Below are positions 38,861 to 49,002 of a DNA stretch of 64,000 nucleotides, piece after piece. The notes beneath the pieces were generated by a model that ran no database searches, was not told the origin of the DNA, and saw only the letters and a program-made list of their open reading frames with translations. The position numbers and the translations under genes were made by a program. Origin of the DNA: Gemmatimonadota bacterium (GTDB lineage Bacteria > Gemmatimonadota > Gemmatimonadetes > Gemmatimonadales > GWC2-71-9); assembly GCA_041486305.1 (NCBI GenBank), contig JBGPLG010000002.1, positions 70,970-134,969 on the forward strand, read 5' to 3'. Position 1 is the first letter of the stretch. Every line of letters starts with the position of its first letter.

Positions 38861-40215
38861 GGGTCGCGGTGGAAGAGGTGGCTCTCGCGCTCCAGGAACC
38901 GGGTGTCGACCTGTCCCGACACGAACACCGGATTGCGGATGACCCGGGCCAGAAAGGGAATCGTGGTGGTCACGCCCTCGAGGATGAAGCTGTCGAGCGC
39001 CTGGCCCATCCGGGCCAGCGCTTCGGCGCGATCCCGGCCGTGCACGATCACTTTGGCGAGCAGGGAATCATAGTAGGGAGGGACGTTGTACCCGGCGTAG
39101 ACGTGGGTATCCACTCGGACGCCCGGGCCACCCGGAGGGTGATACGCGGTGATGTGTCCCGGGCAGGGCTGGAAGTTCCGGTAGGGGTCCTCCGCGTTGA
39201 CCCGGCATTCGATAGCGTGGCCCCGGAGACCATTCAGCTCCGAGGGGAAGCTGAGGTGCTCTCCCGCGGCGACCCGGATCTGCTCCTTCACCAGGTCGAA
39301 GCCCGTCACCATTTCGGTGACCGGGTGCTCGACCTGGATCCGGGTGTTCATCTCCATGAAATAGAACTTGCCGTCGGCGTCGAGCAGGAACTCGATGGTC
39401 CCGGCCCCCACGTACCCGATGGCTGCCGCCAGGGCCACCGCCGACTCTCCCATCCGGGTGCGGAGCGCCGCGGTGAGGGCGGGGCTCGGGCTTTCCTCGA
39501 TCAGCTTCTGGTGCCGCCGCTGAATCGAGCAGTCCCGCTCCCCCAGGTGCACCACCCGGCCGTGGCTGTCGCCCATGACCTGGATCTCGACGTGGCGCGG
39601 CTGCTCCAGATACTTCTCGACGTACACGTCGCCGTTGCCGAACGCGGCCAGCGCCTCGTTCTGGGCCAGCGAAAAGAGCTGACCGAATTGCTCGGCGTCG
39701 TGGGCGATGCGCATGCCCTTGCCGCCGCCGCCCGCCGTCGCCTTGATGATGACCGGAAACCCGATCGCCTCCGCCACCACCAATGCGCCGTCCGGGTCTT
39801 CCAGGATTCCCTCGGAGCCCGAGACGGTCGGCACCCCGGCGTCCTCGGCCAGCCGCCGCGCCGAGGCCTTGTCGCCCATCGCCATGATCTGCTCCGCGCT
39901 GGGCCCGATGAACGTGATGTTCGAGGCCTTGCAGATCTGGGCGAACTCGGCGTTCTCGGCCAGGAAGCCGTAGCCGGGGTGGATCGCGTCGGCGCCGGTG
40001 ATCTCCGCCGCCGCGATGATGCGAGGGATATTGAGGTAGGACTGGCGGCTGGGGGCCGGCCCGATGCAGACGTCGTCGTCGGCGAAGCGGACGTGGAGCG
40101 ACTCGCGGTCGGCTTCGCTGTACACCGCGACGGTCTGAACGCCGAGCTCCCGGCAGGCACGAATAACCCGCAGCGCAATCTCGCCGCGATTTGCTATCAA
40201 TACCTTGTTGAACAT
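38857..40215 (-). CDS. accC: acetyl-CoA carboxylase, biotin carboxylase subunit
   Basis: [28 protein letters not shown]-grasp GGGGKGMR and [14 protein letters not shown]. Confidence 0.95.
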   Translation of the reverse strand: MFNKVLIANRGEIALRVIRACRELGVQTVAVYSEADRESLHVRFADDDVCIGPAPSRQSYLNIPRIIAAAEITGADAIHPGYGFLAENAEFAQICKASNITFIGPSAEQIMAMGDKASARRLAEDAGVPTVSGSEGILEDPDGALVVAEAIGFPVIIKATAGGGGKGMRIAHDAEQFGQLFSLAQNEALAAFGNGDVYVEKYLEQPRHVEIQVMGDSHGRVVHLGERDCSIQRRHQKLIEESPSPALTAALRTRMGESAVALAAAIGYVGAGTIEFLLDADGKFYFMEMNTRIQVEHPVTEMVTGFDLVKEQIRVAAGEHLSFPSELNGLRGHAIECRVNAEDPYRNFQPCPGHITAYHPPGGPGVRVDTHVYAGYNVPPYYDSLLAKVIVHGRDRAEALARMGQALDSFILEGVTTTIPFLARVIRNPVFVSGQVDTRFLERESHLFHRDP

Positions 40216-41409
40216 CTAGGGCATCACGTCCCGCATCATGCCCTGCGGCGAGCCGGCCGACTCTTCTTCCGGTTCCGTGAACGTCCGGTCCGAAGCCGCG
40301 GTCACCCCGGCGGCGCGCAGCGCGAACTCGCTCGGGTTGGTGGCGTAGTGCAGCGCCGAGTCGTAGCTGATCACCCCCGACTTGAACCAGGTCATCAGCG
40401 ATTGGTCGAACGACTGCATCCCGTAGGAAATCGAGCCGTCGGCGATCAGGTCGGGGATGTTGAGCGACTTCTCGATGCTCCGGATGTTCTCGGCTACCGC
40501 CGCGGTGTTGATCAGCACCTCGCAGGCCGGCACCCGGCCCCGCCCGTCGGCCCGGGGCACCAGCCGGAGGCTCACGATCGCGGCGAGCGCGGTGGAGAGC
40601 AGCGAGCGGATCTCGGCCTGCTGGTGCGGCGGATAGAACGAGAGGATCCGGCTGATCGACTGGGTCGAATCGGTGGTGTGCAGGGTGGAGAACACCAGGT
40701 GGCCGGTGTCCGCGGCCTTGAGCGCCGTGTCCAGCGTCTCGGAATCGCGGATCTCGCCCAGGAGCAGCACATCGGGGTCCTGCCGCAGGACGTGCCGCAG
40801 CGCCGCCGCGAACGAAAGGGTGTCGCTCCCCACCTCCCGCTGGGCGATATTGGCCATCGAGTCCCGGTGGAGAAACTCGATCGGGTCCTCGATGGTGATG
40901 ATGTTCACCCGGCGGTGCCGGTTGATGTGGTGGATCATCGCCGCGAGCGCGGTGGACTTGCCCGACCCCGTGATGCCGGTGACCAGCACCAGGCCGCGCG
41001 GCTTGAGCGAGATCGTCTCCAGCACCTCGGGCAGATTGAGCTCCCGGATGTTGTGGACCTCGTAGGGAATCGCCCGGAGCGCGAACGCCAGCGTCCCGCG
41101 CTGCTGGTAGATGTTGGTGCGGAAGCGGCCCACCCCCGGCACCCCGATCGCGAAGTCCGCCTCCTTTTTCTCGGCGAATTCCTTGACCTGGCGCGGGGTC
41201 ATGATCTGCTCCGCCAGGTGCTTCAGCTCCTCGGGCTTGATGGCGAGCATCGGGAGCGCGAGCAGCTCTCCGTTGACCCGCACCGTCGGCGGACGGCCGA
41301 CTTTGAGGTGCAGGTCCGATCCGCCGCGCTGCACCATCTGCGAGATAGCCTGCTTGAAGTTGAACGGGGCCGCAACCGGCGCGCCGTCCGGGCTCTGAAG
41401 ATCAGCCAT
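40216..41409 (-). CDS. pilT: PilT/PilU-family type IV pilus retraction-type hexameric ATPase
   Basis: ASDLHL-type N-domain (GGSDLHLKVGRPP), Walker A GITGSGKST, Asp box TIEDPIEF, Walker B DVLLLGEIRD and His box GHLVFSTLHT. The stop TAG is immediately followed by the accC ATG. Its own ATG overlaps the accB stop by 8 nt. Confidence 0.8.
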   Translation of the reverse strand: MADLQSPDGAPVAAPFNFKQAISQMVQRGGSDLHLKVGRPPTVRVNGELLALPMLAIKPEELKHLAEQIMTPRQVKEFAEKKEADFAIGVPGVGRFRTNIYQQRGTLAFALRAIPYEVHNIRELNLPEVLETISLKPRGLVLVTGITGSGKSTALAAMIHHINRHRRVNIITIEDPIEFLHRDSMANIAQREVGSDTLSFAAALRHVLRQDPDVLLLGEIRDSETLDTALKAADTGHLVFSTLHTTDSTQSISRILSFYPPHQQAEIRSLLSTALAAIVSLRLVPRADGRGRVPACEVLINTAAVAENIRSIEKSLNIPDLIADGSISYGMQSFDQSLMTWFKSGVISYDSALHYATNPSEFALRAAGVTAASDRTFTEPEEESAGSPQGMMRDVMP

Positions 41410-41941
41410 TGGGATCTACCCGGAAGAGGACCTGGCCGAATTCGACCGGCTGCGCGTCTTCCACGCACACCTCGCGGATCACACCGCCGAATTCCGCCTC
41501 GATCTCGTTCATGATCTTCATCGCCTCGATGATGCAGACCGTCTGCCCCGGCGAGACCCGCGCCCCGACCTTGAGATACGGATCGGCGCCCGGTTCCGGC
41601 GAGGCATAGTACGTCCCCACCATCGGCGACTTGATTTCCTTGAGCGACGCTATGGGCGCCGCCGGTCGCGGCGCTTCGGGCGGCGCGACATGCCCCTGGC
41701 CATGGGCCGGGGCCTCGGCCCGTGCCGGGGCCGGCGACGCCATCATCACTTGCTGGGGCTGGGCGCCGGTCCGCGTAATCACTACGCCGGTGCCGAAGAA
41801 TCCCTTGAGCTCGATCGAGCCGACCTCCGGGGACTCGCTCAACAAGTCCACCAGCCGCTTGACGTCCTTGAACTCGATCCCCTTGAGGCCGGGGACCTTC
41901 TGCATCAACTGCGCGATCTCTTTCATCTCATCCGGTTTCAT
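41402..41941 (-). CDS. accB: acetyl-CoA carboxylase biotin carboxyl carrier protein
   Basis: Start re-set to ATG 41939-41941 (MKPDEMKEIAQLM). Ala/Pro linker and biotinyl domain with CIIEAMKIMNEIEA. Confidence 0.9.
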   Translation of the reverse strand: MKPDEMKEIAQLMQKVPGLKGIEFKDVKRLVDLLSESPEVGSIELKGFFGTGVVITRTGAQPQQVMMASPAPARAEAPAHGQGHVAPPEAPRPAAPIASLKEIKSPMVGTYYASPEPGADPYLKVGARVSPGQTVCIIEAMKIMNEIEAEFGGVIREVCVEDAQPVEFGQVLFRVDPNG

Positions 41942-41988
41942 GGGTGCGTGAGCTCCCGGCCGGGCCGGTGAGACGTGAACATTATGAA

Positions 41989-43077
41989 TCAATGAAGTTC
42001 GAGCAGTTCGGTGCGGCAGTCGGTAATACACTGGGCACCCGTGGCGGTGAGGTGGATATCGTCCTCCAGCCGGACGCCGCCCCAGCCTTGAAGATAGATG
42101 CCCGGCTCCACCGTGACCACCGCACCGGCCGGGAGCGGCTCTTGGGCCATCCTTGACAGCCGGGGACCTTCGTGGACCTCCAGACCCAGCCCGTGACCCA
42201 GCGAGTGGCCGAACGCCGGGCCATAGCCCGCCGCGTCGATGATGTCCCGCGCCAGCGCGTCCGCCTCCCGCCCGGACAGCCCGGGCATGAGGCCCGCGAG
42301 CGCCGCCTTCTGAGCCGTCGCCACCACCCCGTAGATCTCGCGCTGCCGCTGGTCGGCCCTCCCGCCCACCAGCACAGTCCGGGTCAGGTCGGAGCAGTAG
42401 CCGGACAGCCGGGCGCCGAAATCGATCAGGAGCCACTCCCCCGCGCCGACCACTCTGCCGGACGCGCGCGCGTGGGGCAGCGCGCTCCGGGGCCCCGAGG
42501 CGACGATCGTCTCGAATGGATGCCATTCGCTGCCCCGGACCCGAAGCGCGAGCTCCAGCCGGGCGGCGATCTCCAGCTCGGTCTGTCCCGGCCGTATCGA
42601 AGGCAACAGCTCCGCAAGCGCATCCTGGGCCAGCGTAGCAGCCGCCCGGATGGCTGCCACCTCGACTTCGTCCTTGACCGCTCGGAGCCCCTCCACCACC
42701 TCGCTGGTCGGGACCGCGTCCGACACCTCGAGCCGAGCCAGCCGGTCGGCGTCGCGCACGGTGAGGCGTTCCCGCTCGATGCCGATGCGCAGCCGGGGGC
42801 CGGGCTCGAGCACGCGCCGCAGGCGTTCCCACAGATTGCTCAGCTCCACCACGATCTCCGCCGCATCGCCGGCCTCGGCCGGCGCCTGCTCGGCGTAGCG
42901 AAAATCGGTGATCAGCGTGATCCGGCTGGGGGTGACGAGGAGGAGGCCCGCGGACCCGCTGAAGCCCGTCAGGTAGCGGATATTGGGCCCATGGGTCACC
43001 AGAATGCCGTCGAGCCCCAGATCGAGGAGGCGGCGCCGGAGCGCGGCCTGGCGGTCGCCCCGCCGGTCAGCCCCCAC
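41989..43077 (-). CDS. Xaa-Pro aminopeptidase (M24B)
   Basis: Creatinase-like N-domain (NIRYLTGFSG) and pita-bread domain (HSLGHGLGLEVHE, VTVEPGIY). Start is GTG 43077 or GTG 43107, both overlapping the aroQ 3' end. Confidence 0.75.
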   Translation of the reverse strand: MGADRRGDRQAALRRRLLDLGLDGILVTHGPNIRYLTGFSGSAGLLLVTPSRITLITDFRYAEQAPAEAGDAAEIVVELSNLWERLRRVLEPGPRLRIGIERERLTVRDADRLARLEVSDAVPTSEVVEGLRAVKDEVEVAAIRAAATLAQDALAELLPSIRPGQTELEIAARLELALRVRGSEWHPFETIVASGPRSALPHARASGRVVGAGEWLLIDFGARLSGYCSDLTRTVLVGGRADQRQREIYGVVATAQKAALAGLMPGLSGREADALARDIIDAAGYGPAFGHSLGHGLGLEVHEGPRLSRMAQEPLPAGAVVTVEPGIYLQGWGGVRLEDDIHLTATGAQCITDCRTELLELH

Positions 43078-43504
43078 GGAGGCGCTCCGAGAGCACCCGA
43101 AGCGCACGGCGGTATCCCTCGGGACCCTCGCCGGTGATCAGCTGGACGGCCAGATCGGAGAACACCAGCCGCCGTCGGGTCTGGTCGCGAGTCGCGACGT
43201 CGGTCAGATGGACCTCGACGAACGGCACTTTCACGGCCAGCAGCGCGTCGCGAATCGCCAGGCTCGTGTGGGAGTACGCCGCCGCGTTCAGGATCAACCC
43301 GTCGGCGGTGGCCGGGAGCTTCTGGATTTCGTCGACCAGAGTCCCTTCGTGGTTGGTCTGGACAAAATGCACCGAGGCGCCGAGCCGGTGAGCTTCTTCC
43401 CGGACGAGCGCCTCGAGCTGGGCCAGCGTGGTGGTGCCGTAGATGTGGGGCTCGCGCGTACCCAGCAGATTCAGATTCGGCCCGTTGAGAACCGTGACCC
43501 GCAT
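43067..43504 (-). CDS. aroQ: type II 3-dehydroquinate dehydratase
   Basis: MRVTVLNGPNLNLLGTREPHIYG, QTNHEG and NAAAYSHTS. Confidence 0.9.
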   Translation of the reverse strand: MRVTVLNGPNLNLLGTREPHIYGTTTLAQLEALVREEAHRLGASVHFVQTNHEGTLVDEIQKLPATADGLILNAAAYSHTSLAIRDALLAVKVPFVEVHLTDVATRDQTRRRLVFSDLAVQLITGEGPEGYRRALRVLSERLRGG

Positions 43505-45391
43505 TCAGCGTTTGAGGCCGCGCAGCCAGGCATTGAACTGCTCGAGATCTTCGGGCACCTGTGCCGGCTCCCCGGAGGAATCGGATGCCGGTGCCCTGGG
43601 CAGCTCAAGATCGGCCGCGGGTCCGGTGGCCGGGGCGAAAAACTCGTCGAAGCTGGGCTCGCCGGCCACGGAGTCTGCAGTGGCACCGGCCGAGCCGCCG
43701 GACCCGGCCTCCTCACCGAACACCGAGCTCAGACTGAGCGATTCCTGCGCGGGGCGGGTTGGCTCGCCGGAGGCGCGCTTGGGCAGCTCGAACGCCGGGG
43801 GATGAATGGTCGGGGCCACGCTGGGGCGCACCGACGACAGCAGCGCGCCGAACAACTCTCCGACCGAGCGTCCACCGGTGTCGGAGGCGGCAAACCTCGG
43901 TGCCGGTGGCGGTGCCGGAGCTTCCGGTGCCGGAGTCTCCGGGGTGAGGCTCGCCAGCGCCGCCGCGATCCGTTCGTTGTCCGGCTCGCGCTGGGCCAGC
44001 TGGGCATAGACGGCGAGGGCGAGCTCGCGGTGTCCCTGACGGAGGAAGATCTCCGCCATCGTCTCGGTGACAACCAGCTCCGGCTCGGCGGCGGGTGCGG
44101 GCTCCGGTTCCTCGAACTGTGGAGCCGCAGGTTCGAAACGGGACGGGGCCCCGAGCTCTCCCAGCGGAACGTAGTCCGCCAGCATGGCCACGGGCTCGGG
44201 TTCGGCCGCAGCGGCATCCAGCTCCGGCTCGGGCCCCGGAGGCGCCGACTCGGGGATCGAGGCGGGTGCCGGAGACTCCGGCTCGGCCCATTCCGCGGTC
44301 GGAGGTGATTCTGCGGCAACATCGGTATCCGGGGCCGACTCCGATTCCATCACGGGCATCGGTTCCGGTTGCGGCTCCGCTTGCGGTTCCGGTTCCGGAG
44401 GCGGCGGGGGCAGGAAGCTCTCCTGCGCGAACGGAGCCGCCGGGGGCGGCGGCATCACGTCGGGAGCGGGAATCGGCATCTGGGCCATGAGCGCCATCTG
44501 CCCGAAGATGGTCTCCTCGAGCGGTGGGGGCTCGACCGCCGGAAGCTCGGTTGCGTCCCGGTACGCCATCATCGAGGTATAGTCCTCGCCGAGCAGCACG
44601 TCGACGCTGTCGCGGCCGGCGGCGGCCGGGAGCTCCGGCGCAGGCGCAGCCTCTCCGTAGGCGCCCTCATCGATCGGGAAATCATCCGGCGCCTCGGTAC
44701 CCAGCACGATGTCGGCGATTCGCTGATCGGTCGGCTGCAGCGCTTCCGAGTCGTTGGGAATCTGGTACTCGTCCGACGGAACCGAGGTGAGCTGGGTCGC
44801 GGCCTCGAGCTCGAGATCGCTGAGTGAGCCCTCGTCGAACGAGCCTGCCGACGCCGGCTCCGGCTCGGCAGACTTGGGCTCGACGACCGGCACGGTCGCG
44901 ACGACCGGGGCCTCGGGCTCCGGAGCCTTGGGCTCCGACGCGACCTCGACCGGGGCCGGGATTGGAGCCGGGGCCGGGGTGCTGGCGAGAAGCTCCTTGA
45001 CCCGGTCGAGCTGGCCGCGAGCTTCCTCGTTGTTCCGATCCACGTCGAGCAGGGTCTCGAGACGGTGCACCGCTTCGGCAATCCGGCCGCCGCGCTCCGA
45101 GAGCTCCGCCAGTCCCTTCAGGGCCATGACGTTTTCGGGATCGAGCTCGGTGACCCGCAGAAACGCCTGCTCGGCGTCGGAATCGGATAGGGTGTCGAGA
45201 TGACAGCGGGCCCGGACGATGTGGGCCGGCACGTAGTTCGGATGCTGGGTCAGGCCCTGCTCGATCAGCTCGAGGGCACGCCCCGGATCGCCCGCCTTGC
45301 GGTACAGCTCGGCCAGGGAGGCAAAGGTGAGCCCCAGGGGGTTCTCTTGCCAGCGGCGCTCGAGCTTTTCAATTTCGCTGGAGAAGGCCAT
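43505..45391 (-). CDS. TPR-repeat protein with long acidic Pro/Ala/Glu-rich central region
   Basis: N-terminal TPR units (AELYRKAGDPGRALELIEQGL...). About 350 aa of low-complexity PAPE-rich sequence. A second TPR-like block near the C-terminus (AEIFLRQGHRELALAVYAQLAQREPDN). Confidence 0.6.
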   Translation of the reverse strand: MAFSSEIEKLERRWQENPLGLTFASLAELYRKAGDPGRALELIEQGLTQHPNYVPAHIVRARCHLDTLSDSDAEQAFLRVTELDPENVMALKGLAELSERGGRIAEAVHRLETLLDVDRNNEEARGQLDRVKELLASTPAPAPIPAPVEVASEPKAPEPEAPVVATVPVVEPKSAEPEPASAGSFDEGSLSDLELEAATQLTSVPSDEYQIPNDSEALQPTDQRIADIVLGTEAPDDFPIDEGAYGEAAPAPELPAAAGRDSVDVLLGEDYTSMMAYRDATELPAVEPPPLEETIFGQMALMAQMPIPAPDVMPPPPAAPFAQESFLPPPPPEPEPQAEPQPEPMPVMESESAPDTDVAAESPPTAEWAEPESPAPASIPESAPPGPEPELDAAAAEPEPVAMLADYVPLGELGAPSRFEPAAPQFEEPEPAPAAEPELVVTETMAEIFLRQGHRELALAVYAQLAQREPDNERIAAALASLTPETPAPEAPAPPPAPRFAASDTGGRSVGELFGALLSSVRPSVAPTIHPPAFELPKRASGEPTRPAQESLSLSSVFGEEAGSGGSAGATADSVAGEPSFDEFFAPATGPAADLELPRAPASDSSGEPAQVPEDLEQFNAWLRGLKR

Positions 45392-45549
45392 GTCCTGCCT
45401 GTCCGATTGAGTCTGCGGGCCCGCCTGGGCCTCCGCCGGTCCCCAAAGGTCGCCTCAGGGGGTGCGGATTACCATCCTTGAGATGCCCTGCCCTGTCCGT
45501 TAAGTTTTACGGCTTCATACCCTTAGGCCTACCGGACTGGTTCCCTCTC

Positions 45550-47391
45550 ATGATGCAATTTTTTCGCAGCGCCGCCAAGCCGATCATCCTGGTGACGACG
45601 ATTGCATTCTTCGTCTGGCTGGTCTATGACCTGAGCGGCCTTGGTAACGGAGGTGGCTTGCTGACAAAGACTTCCGTCGGCAAGGTCAACGGCACCACCG
45701 TGGACGCCCGTCAGTTCCAGGCCTCCGTCCAGCAGGCAATCGAGGGCAGACAGCGCCAATCCGGTGCCTCGCTGACCCTCGAAGAGGTCGCCCAGCTTCG
45801 CGACCAGGTCTGGGAACAGGCCATACAGGACATCATTTTCCGTGCCGAATACGACCGGCATGGTCTCAAGGTGTCCCCGGAGGAGGTCGCCGAGGCAATC
45901 CGCACTTCCCCCCTCCGCGAACTGGTCCAGAGTCCGGACTTTCAGACCGACGGAAAATTCGATCTTTCCAAGTACCAGCGCTGGTTGACCTCGACCTCGG
46001 GGCAGGCGGCGGTTCCCTACCTGGAGTCGCGCTACCGGGATGAGCTGCTCCGCGGCAAGCTGATTCGAGGGGTCATCGGCGACGTCTATGTGTCGGATGC
46101 GGCCCTCTGGGAGCGGTACCGGGACGAGAAGGAACAGGCAAAAGCCGGTTCGCTCCGGATTGACCCCGCCGTCGCGATCTCCGATGCGGCAGTGCCGGTC
46201 ACACCGCAGGAAGTCGACGAGTACTATCGCGCCCACAAGGACGAATTCAAACGGCCCCGCGCGGCCTTCCTGAGCTTCCTCGAGGTCCCGCGCCTCCCGG
46301 ACGCGTCCGACACCGCCGCGGCGATGGCGCGGGCGCAGAGCATCCGGGACGAGATTCTGAAGGGGGCCCCATTCGCCGAGGTGGCCAAGCGCGAATCCGC
46401 CGACACCATTTCCGGCAAGTCCGGCGGCGACCTGGGCGTCATGACCAAATCCCAGGTGGACCCGGCCTTTGCCGCCGCGGTCGCCACGCTCGCCCTCAAG
46501 ACCCTGTCAGAGCCGGTCCTCAGCAGCTTCGGGTACCACCTCATCGAGGTCGAGAGCCGCACGGGGGACAGTTTCAAGGCGAGGCATATCCTGATCCCCA
46601 TCGAGGTGGCCGGGGCCCATCGGGACCTGCTGGACCGGCGGGCCGATTCGCTGGAACAGCTGTCGGCGGAGCGGCTCGAGTCGTCGGCCCTGGACACCGC
46701 GGCCTCGGCTCTCAAGATCCAGATCCACCGGTTGCCACCGCTGATCGAGGGCGGGCGGGTGGCCAGCACCGAAACCGGCAACGTACCGGACGTGGGGATC
46801 TGGGCCTTTCAGGCCAAGCCGGGTGAGCAGAGCCAGGTGATCGAGGCGGAGCGGTCCTATGCCGTGTTCCGCCTCGACAGCACGCAGGTGGAAGGAGTGC
46901 CGCCCCTGGAGACGATCCGGGGCACGGTGCAGAGCCGGGTGATGCTCGCCAAGAAGCGCGCCGCGGCCAAGGAGCTGGCGAATCGTCTCGCCGGCCAGGC
47001 CAAACAGGGCACTCCGCTCAAGCAGCTCGCCGGCCCGGGAATCGAATACCGGGAACTTGGTCCGTTCGCACGGCTCTCCGCCCCGCTCCCTGACCCCAAG
47101 CTGATCGGTGCCGCGTTCGGCGCGGGAAAGGGCGAAATCGCGGGACCGGTAGCCACCGACGACGGGGTGTACCTCTTCCAGGGAATCGAGCGGACCCCCG
47201 CGGATTCCGCCGAGTTCGCGAAGAACCTGACGACCATCCGGAACGAGGCGTTACAGGCGGCCCGGCAGAGCCGGGTGCGCGCCTACGTCACGGCCCTTCG
47301 CACGTCAGCCAAGATCGTCGACAAGCGGGCGGAGATCTACAACCGGACCAACGCCCAGGCCGCCGCCACCAACTCCGTGCCGGTGCGCTAG
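45550..47391 (+). CDS. ppiD: periplasmic chaperone / parvulin-type peptidyl-prolyl isomerase (PpiD/SurA-like)
   Basis: Start re-set to ATG 45550 (MMQFFRSAAKPIILVTTIAFFVWLV, an N-terminal anchor). SurA_N-like region and parvulin domain (GGDLGVMTKSQVDPAFAAA...SSFGYHLIEVE). Confidence 0.7.
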   Translation: MMQFFRSAAKPIILVTTIAFFVWLVYDLSGLGNGGGLLTKTSVGKVNGTTVDARQFQASVQQAIEGRQRQSGASLTLEEVAQLRDQVWEQAIQDIIFRAEYDRHGLKVSPEEVAEAIRTSPLRELVQSPDFQTDGKFDLSKYQRWLTSTSGQAAVPYLESRYRDELLRGKLIRGVIGDVYVSDAALWERYRDEKEQAKAGSLRIDPAVAISDAAVPVTPQEVDEYYRAHKDEFKRPRAAFLSFLEVPRLPDASDTAAAMARAQSIRDEILKGAPFAEVAKRESADTISGKSGGDLGVMTKSQVDPAFAAAVATLALKTLSEPVLSSFGYHLIEVESRTGDSFKARHILIPIEVAGAHRDLLDRRADSLEQLSAERLESSALDTAASALKIQIHRLPPLIEGGRVASTETGNVPDVGIWAFQAKPGEQSQVIEAERSYAVFRLDSTQVEGVPPLETIRGTVQSRVMLAKKRAAAKELANRLAGQAKQGTPLKQLAGPGIEYRELGPFARLSAPLPDPKLIGAAFGAGKGEIAGPVATDDGVYLFQGIERTPADSAEFAKNLTTIRNEALQAARQSRVRAYVTALRTSAKIVDKRAEIYNRTNAQAAATNSVPVR

Positions 47392-47422
47392 CGGCCCGGC
47401 GCATCCGCGGTCCGGAAATGAC

Positions 47423-47452
47423 AGAGGGGTCCGGCGAAAGCCGGACCCCTCT
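47423..47452. terminator. perfect 13-bp stem / GAAA tetraloop hairpin between convergent ppiD and tatA
   Basis: AGAGGGGTCCGGC-GAAA-GCCGGACCCCTCT, read directly. It lies 32 nt after the ppiD stop and 19 nt after the tatA stop. There is only a weak U-run, on the tatA side. Confidence 0.6.
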
Positions 47453-47470
47453 CGCTCGAGCAGGGGGTGC

Positions 47471-47719
47471 CTACTGCGAAAGACGCTTCGGCTCGCCGCT
47501 GGTCGGAGCCGGCTGGGAGGCCGCATCGATGTGGCGGGGCGGAGTGTTCCGGTCTTCCGGGAGCTGGGTCACGGCCTCCCCGGCGTCCGAGATGCTTCGC
47601 TTGAATTCACGAATGCCCTTGCCCATCGAGGCGCCGATCTCGGGGAGGCGCTTGGCCCCGAACACGAGAAGGACGACCACCAGGATGATCATGATCTCGG
47701 AAAAACCCAGATTGCCCAT
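47471..47719 (-). CDS. tatA: twin-arginine translocase TatA/E family protein
   Basis: MGNLGFSEIMIILVVVLLVFGAKRLPEIGASMGKGIREFK is the canonical TatA TM plus amphipathic helix. Confidence 0.9.
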   Translation of the reverse strand: MGNLGFSEIMIILVVVLLVFGAKRLPEIGASMGKGIREFKRSISDAGEAVTQLPEDRNTPPRHIDAASQPAPTSGEPKRLSQ

Positions 47720-47737
47720 ATATCCCCCGCGTTGGCC

Positions 47738-48010
47738 CTAGAAGAGCGACTTTGCGACCAGGTAAGCCAGCGCCACGCCGACAATGCTCATGAGCGACAG
47801 CTCCAGTCCTACCGGGCCGATGGTGAAGTGTACAACCAGCAGATTGATCGGAACAGGGCCGAATTCCGGCGACACCGAATAGGTGAAAAATGTCTTGGTC
47901 GGGCTGTCGGGTAGCACGGCCTTGAGAAAAGCGTTCAGGAACCCCCCGACCAGGAACCCCGCGAGGAGGACGCCGAGGTAGAAACGGGGACGCCGGGGAC
48001 CCTGCGCCAT
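47738..48010 (-). CDS. DUF4321-like small membrane protein
   Basis: Start re-set to ATG 48008-48010, a 1-nt TGATG overlap with the upstream stop. 90 aa with two hydrophobic segments. The pattern LGVLLAGFLVGGFLNAFL...FGPVPINLLVV.FT.G..L.L.LMSIVG resembles DUF4321, recognised by eye. Confidence 0.5.
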   Translation of the reverse strand: MAQGPRRPRFYLGVLLAGFLVGGFLNAFLKAVLPDSPTKTFFTYSVSPEFGPVPINLLVVHFTIGPVGLELSLMSIVGVALAYLVAKSLF

Positions 48011-49002
48011 CAACGCCTCCGCTCGAGCACGTAGGTCAGGCTCGCGCGCAGGCTTTCCCGGGCCGGGGACGGCCGAATCGCCTCCAAGGCCGTTTCGGCC
48101 CGCTCGCAGAACCCGTGGGCGCGGTCCCGGGCGTACTCCAGGCCGCCCCGGGCGGTCACCGCGTCCACAACGCGGCTGATCTCGATATCGCTCGGCTGCG
48201 GATTTCCCATGAGCACCTCGACCTGGGTACGCTGTTCCACCGACATTTTCGGCAATGCGTGGATCAGGGGAAGGGTGACCTTGTGCTCCCGCAGGTCGAG
48301 TCCGGCGGGCTTCCCGGTCGCCTCTTCGTCCCCAGTGAAGTCGAGCAGGTCGTCCACGACCTGGAACGCCATGCCGAGGCATTCCCCGAATTGCCGCATG
48401 GCATCCCGCTCCGCCTGGGTGCCGGCGAGCGCGCCGACTTCGCATGCGCCGGAAATCAGCGACGCGGTCTTGGCTCGAATCAGGAGGTCGTAGTCGGCCT
48501 CGGAGAAGGCCAGCGGATCGTGAGCCAGGAGCTGCCGCATCTCGCCCACCGTCATCTCGTTGGTGACCCGCGACAGCACCCTGAGGGGCTCCAGATCCGC
48601 GAGCCGGACCAGCTCGATCACGGCGCGGGAGTAGAGGTAGTCCCCCATGATCACCGCCACCTGGTGGCTGAACAGGGCGTTGATGGTGGGCATGCCGCGC
48701 CGGAGCACCGAATGATCCACCGCGTCGTCGTGCACCAGCGTGGCGAGGTGAATCAGCTCGACCACCGCCGCCAGGGGTACCGAGCGCGCGCACGGCACCG
48801 GCGCGGTGGCGGCATCCGCGAGCAGGAGCAGCGTGGGGCGGAACATCTTTCCCTGCATCCGGGTCAGATGCGAATTCACCTGGGCGATCAGTGGAAAATC
48901 CGCCTCGATCAGCCGGCGGATCTCCTCGCGCACTCCGGCCAGTCGGGGCTTGATCCCCGCCTGAAGAGCGTCGAGGGTGATCGGCTCAGTCCCGGAGATC
49001 AA
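48010..49002 (-). CDS. polyprenyl diphosphate synthase (trans-IPPS, IspB-like)
   Basis: First and second Asp-rich motifs LVHDDAVDH and FQVVDDLLDF. TTG start at 49000-49002 overlaps the upstream stop (TTGA). Confidence 0.8.
   Translation of the reverse strand: MISGTEPITLDALQAGIKPRLAGVREEIRRLIEADFPLIAQVNSHLTRMQGKMFRPTLLLLADAATAPVPCARSVPLAAVVELIHLATLVHDDAVDHSVLRRGMPTINALFSHQVAVIMGDYLYSRAVIELVRLADLEPLRVLSRVTNEMTVGEMRQLLAHDPLAFSEADYDLLIRAKTASLISGACEVGALAGTQAERDAMRQFGECLGMAFQVVDDLLDFTGDEEATGKPAGLDLREHKVTLPLIHALPKMSVEQRTQVEVLMGNPQPSDIEISRVVDAVTARGGLEYARDRAHGFCERAETALEAIRPSPARESLRASLTYVLERRR

Noticed and set aside
40216-41409. pilT as a marker of a type IV pilus or competence gene cluster.
   Set aside because: No pilin, pilB/C, pilMNOPQ or secretin genes are present anywhere in the window. 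Only the unusual accB/accC context is reported.
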